Shown: one piece after another, positions 62,840 to 64,000 of the stretch
How the letters are laid out: each line of letters begins with the position of its first letter
Numbering within the stretch: the stretch's first letter is position 1
Source of the DNA: the human T2T-CHM13v2.0 reference genome, Homo sapiens
Assembly: GCF_009914755.1 (NCBI RefSeq)
Contig: NC_060938.1
Length of the DNA stretch: 64,000 nt
Reading direction: 5' to 3' (one strand)
Program-made: the position numbers and the translations under genes
Notes under the pieces: model-generated
What the model saw: only the letters and a program-made list of their open reading frames with translations
Told to the model about the DNA's origin: nothing
The model's database searches: none

Positions 62840-63529
62840 TGTAATATCAAATATAGTCTTTCATAACAGTTTAAAAATTTTCAACTACTACCAGACTTTA
62901 GTTTTTAAAATAAGATTTACCAGAGTTAGAGTCACATAAATCATGGATTATAAGGATAAAGGTGAATAAAAGAGAATTTCAGATATCACTGTGTTGTCTT
63001 GAGTCATTGTTGCAGAAACATATTATTGTTTCAATACAAACCAGCCTCTCAATATGTGTCTCTCTGATTTCCCTCCCTCCAAGTTTAGACTGAAAGCTCT
63101 AGAAGGACAATAATTGTTGTCTACATTTTTTCCCCAAATCTCCCAGGTTGTTTTAGTATATCCTTAGAGCTATTTGCCTAACTGAACTGTAGGCAGAGCA
63201 AACTTCCATAGTTTTGATTTAAAAAGGCCTTTATCCACAAATCAACACCTTTAGTCTCATCCACACATTGAAATTGGGTTGCATCAGTTATGTTACATTT
63301 GTAGGTGAAGGACAATAATAAAACAGAGAGTCCTTAAAACTATTTGTGGTATGTGTGAAAAAAGGTGATTCTCTTGTCCATCAAAATATTGGTTTTCATT
63401 CATTCTTCTTTATTTACTGAACCTTTATGTAGCATAGAAAGTCCTGTATTTTCTGGAATAAGATCTTCAACACGAGATAGATGTTTTTTAGTTGCTCATA
63501 TATTCACTCATTTCATTTGCATAAAACAA

Positions 63530-64000
63530 AGTCACAATTAAATGGAAAGACATCTTAGGTTCACAGACTGGAAGACAATATTGTTAAAATGTCAGTCATA
63601 CACAAAGCCATCTATAGGTTCAGTGTAATCCCTACCAAAACCTCAATGACTTTTTTTTAAATAGAAGAACCCATCCTAAAATTCATATGGAATCTCAAGG
63701 GACCCCAAATAGCCAAAACAATCTTCAAAAAGAGCAAAGCTGAAAATCTCACATTTTCTGATTTCATAACTTACTACAAAGCCACAGCAATGAAAACCTT
63801 GTGGAACTGGCATAAAGATGGACATATAAATCAATGGAATAAAATATAGAGCTCAGAAATAAACCCTCACATTACAGGTTCAAATAATTTTTGACAAGGT
63901 TGCTAAGCTCATTCAGTGGGTAAAGAATCTTTCAAAAATGATGGTGTGAAAACTGTATATTCACATGCAAAAGAATGAAGTTGGGTCTATTACTTATACC
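63530..64000 (+). mobile_element. Old L1M ORF2 fragment, runs off the window
   Basis: caatattgttaaaatgtcag, aaaattcatatggaa, ttactacaaagccacagcaat motifs. Confidence 0.85.

Overview
Primate (human-like) AT-rich, repeat-dominated DNA, intergenic or deep intronic. I find no intact host gene, RNA gene or CRISPR array. All long ORFs are L1 ORF2 fragments, decayed retroviral or Tigger1 frames, or microsatellite artefacts. The window is a stack of nested insertions: MaLR/ERV LTRs, a complete THE1 element, four young L1PA fragments (two 5'-inverted), Alus, Tigger1, MER44, MER30, MIR and L2. The main finding is a HERV-W/HERV9-related element (about 52.70-56.48 kb) inside a Tigger1. It has mRNA structure (R-U5...U3-R, short A/C tail, ~9-bp TSD), so it looks like an L1-made retrocopy of a non-LTR17 family, with a tRNA-Pro-like PBS and an NF-kB/AP-1/CCAAT repeat enhancer. 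Other oddities: an 18-nt L1 3' transduction, two unrelated LTRs in one target site, a tail-less Alu-L1 fusion, a MER30 apparently carried as cargo, and a possible ~12-kb inversion splitting a Tigger1. Family names come from recalled consensus sequences and need Dfam/RepeatMasker confirmation. Boundaries of old elements are approximate.
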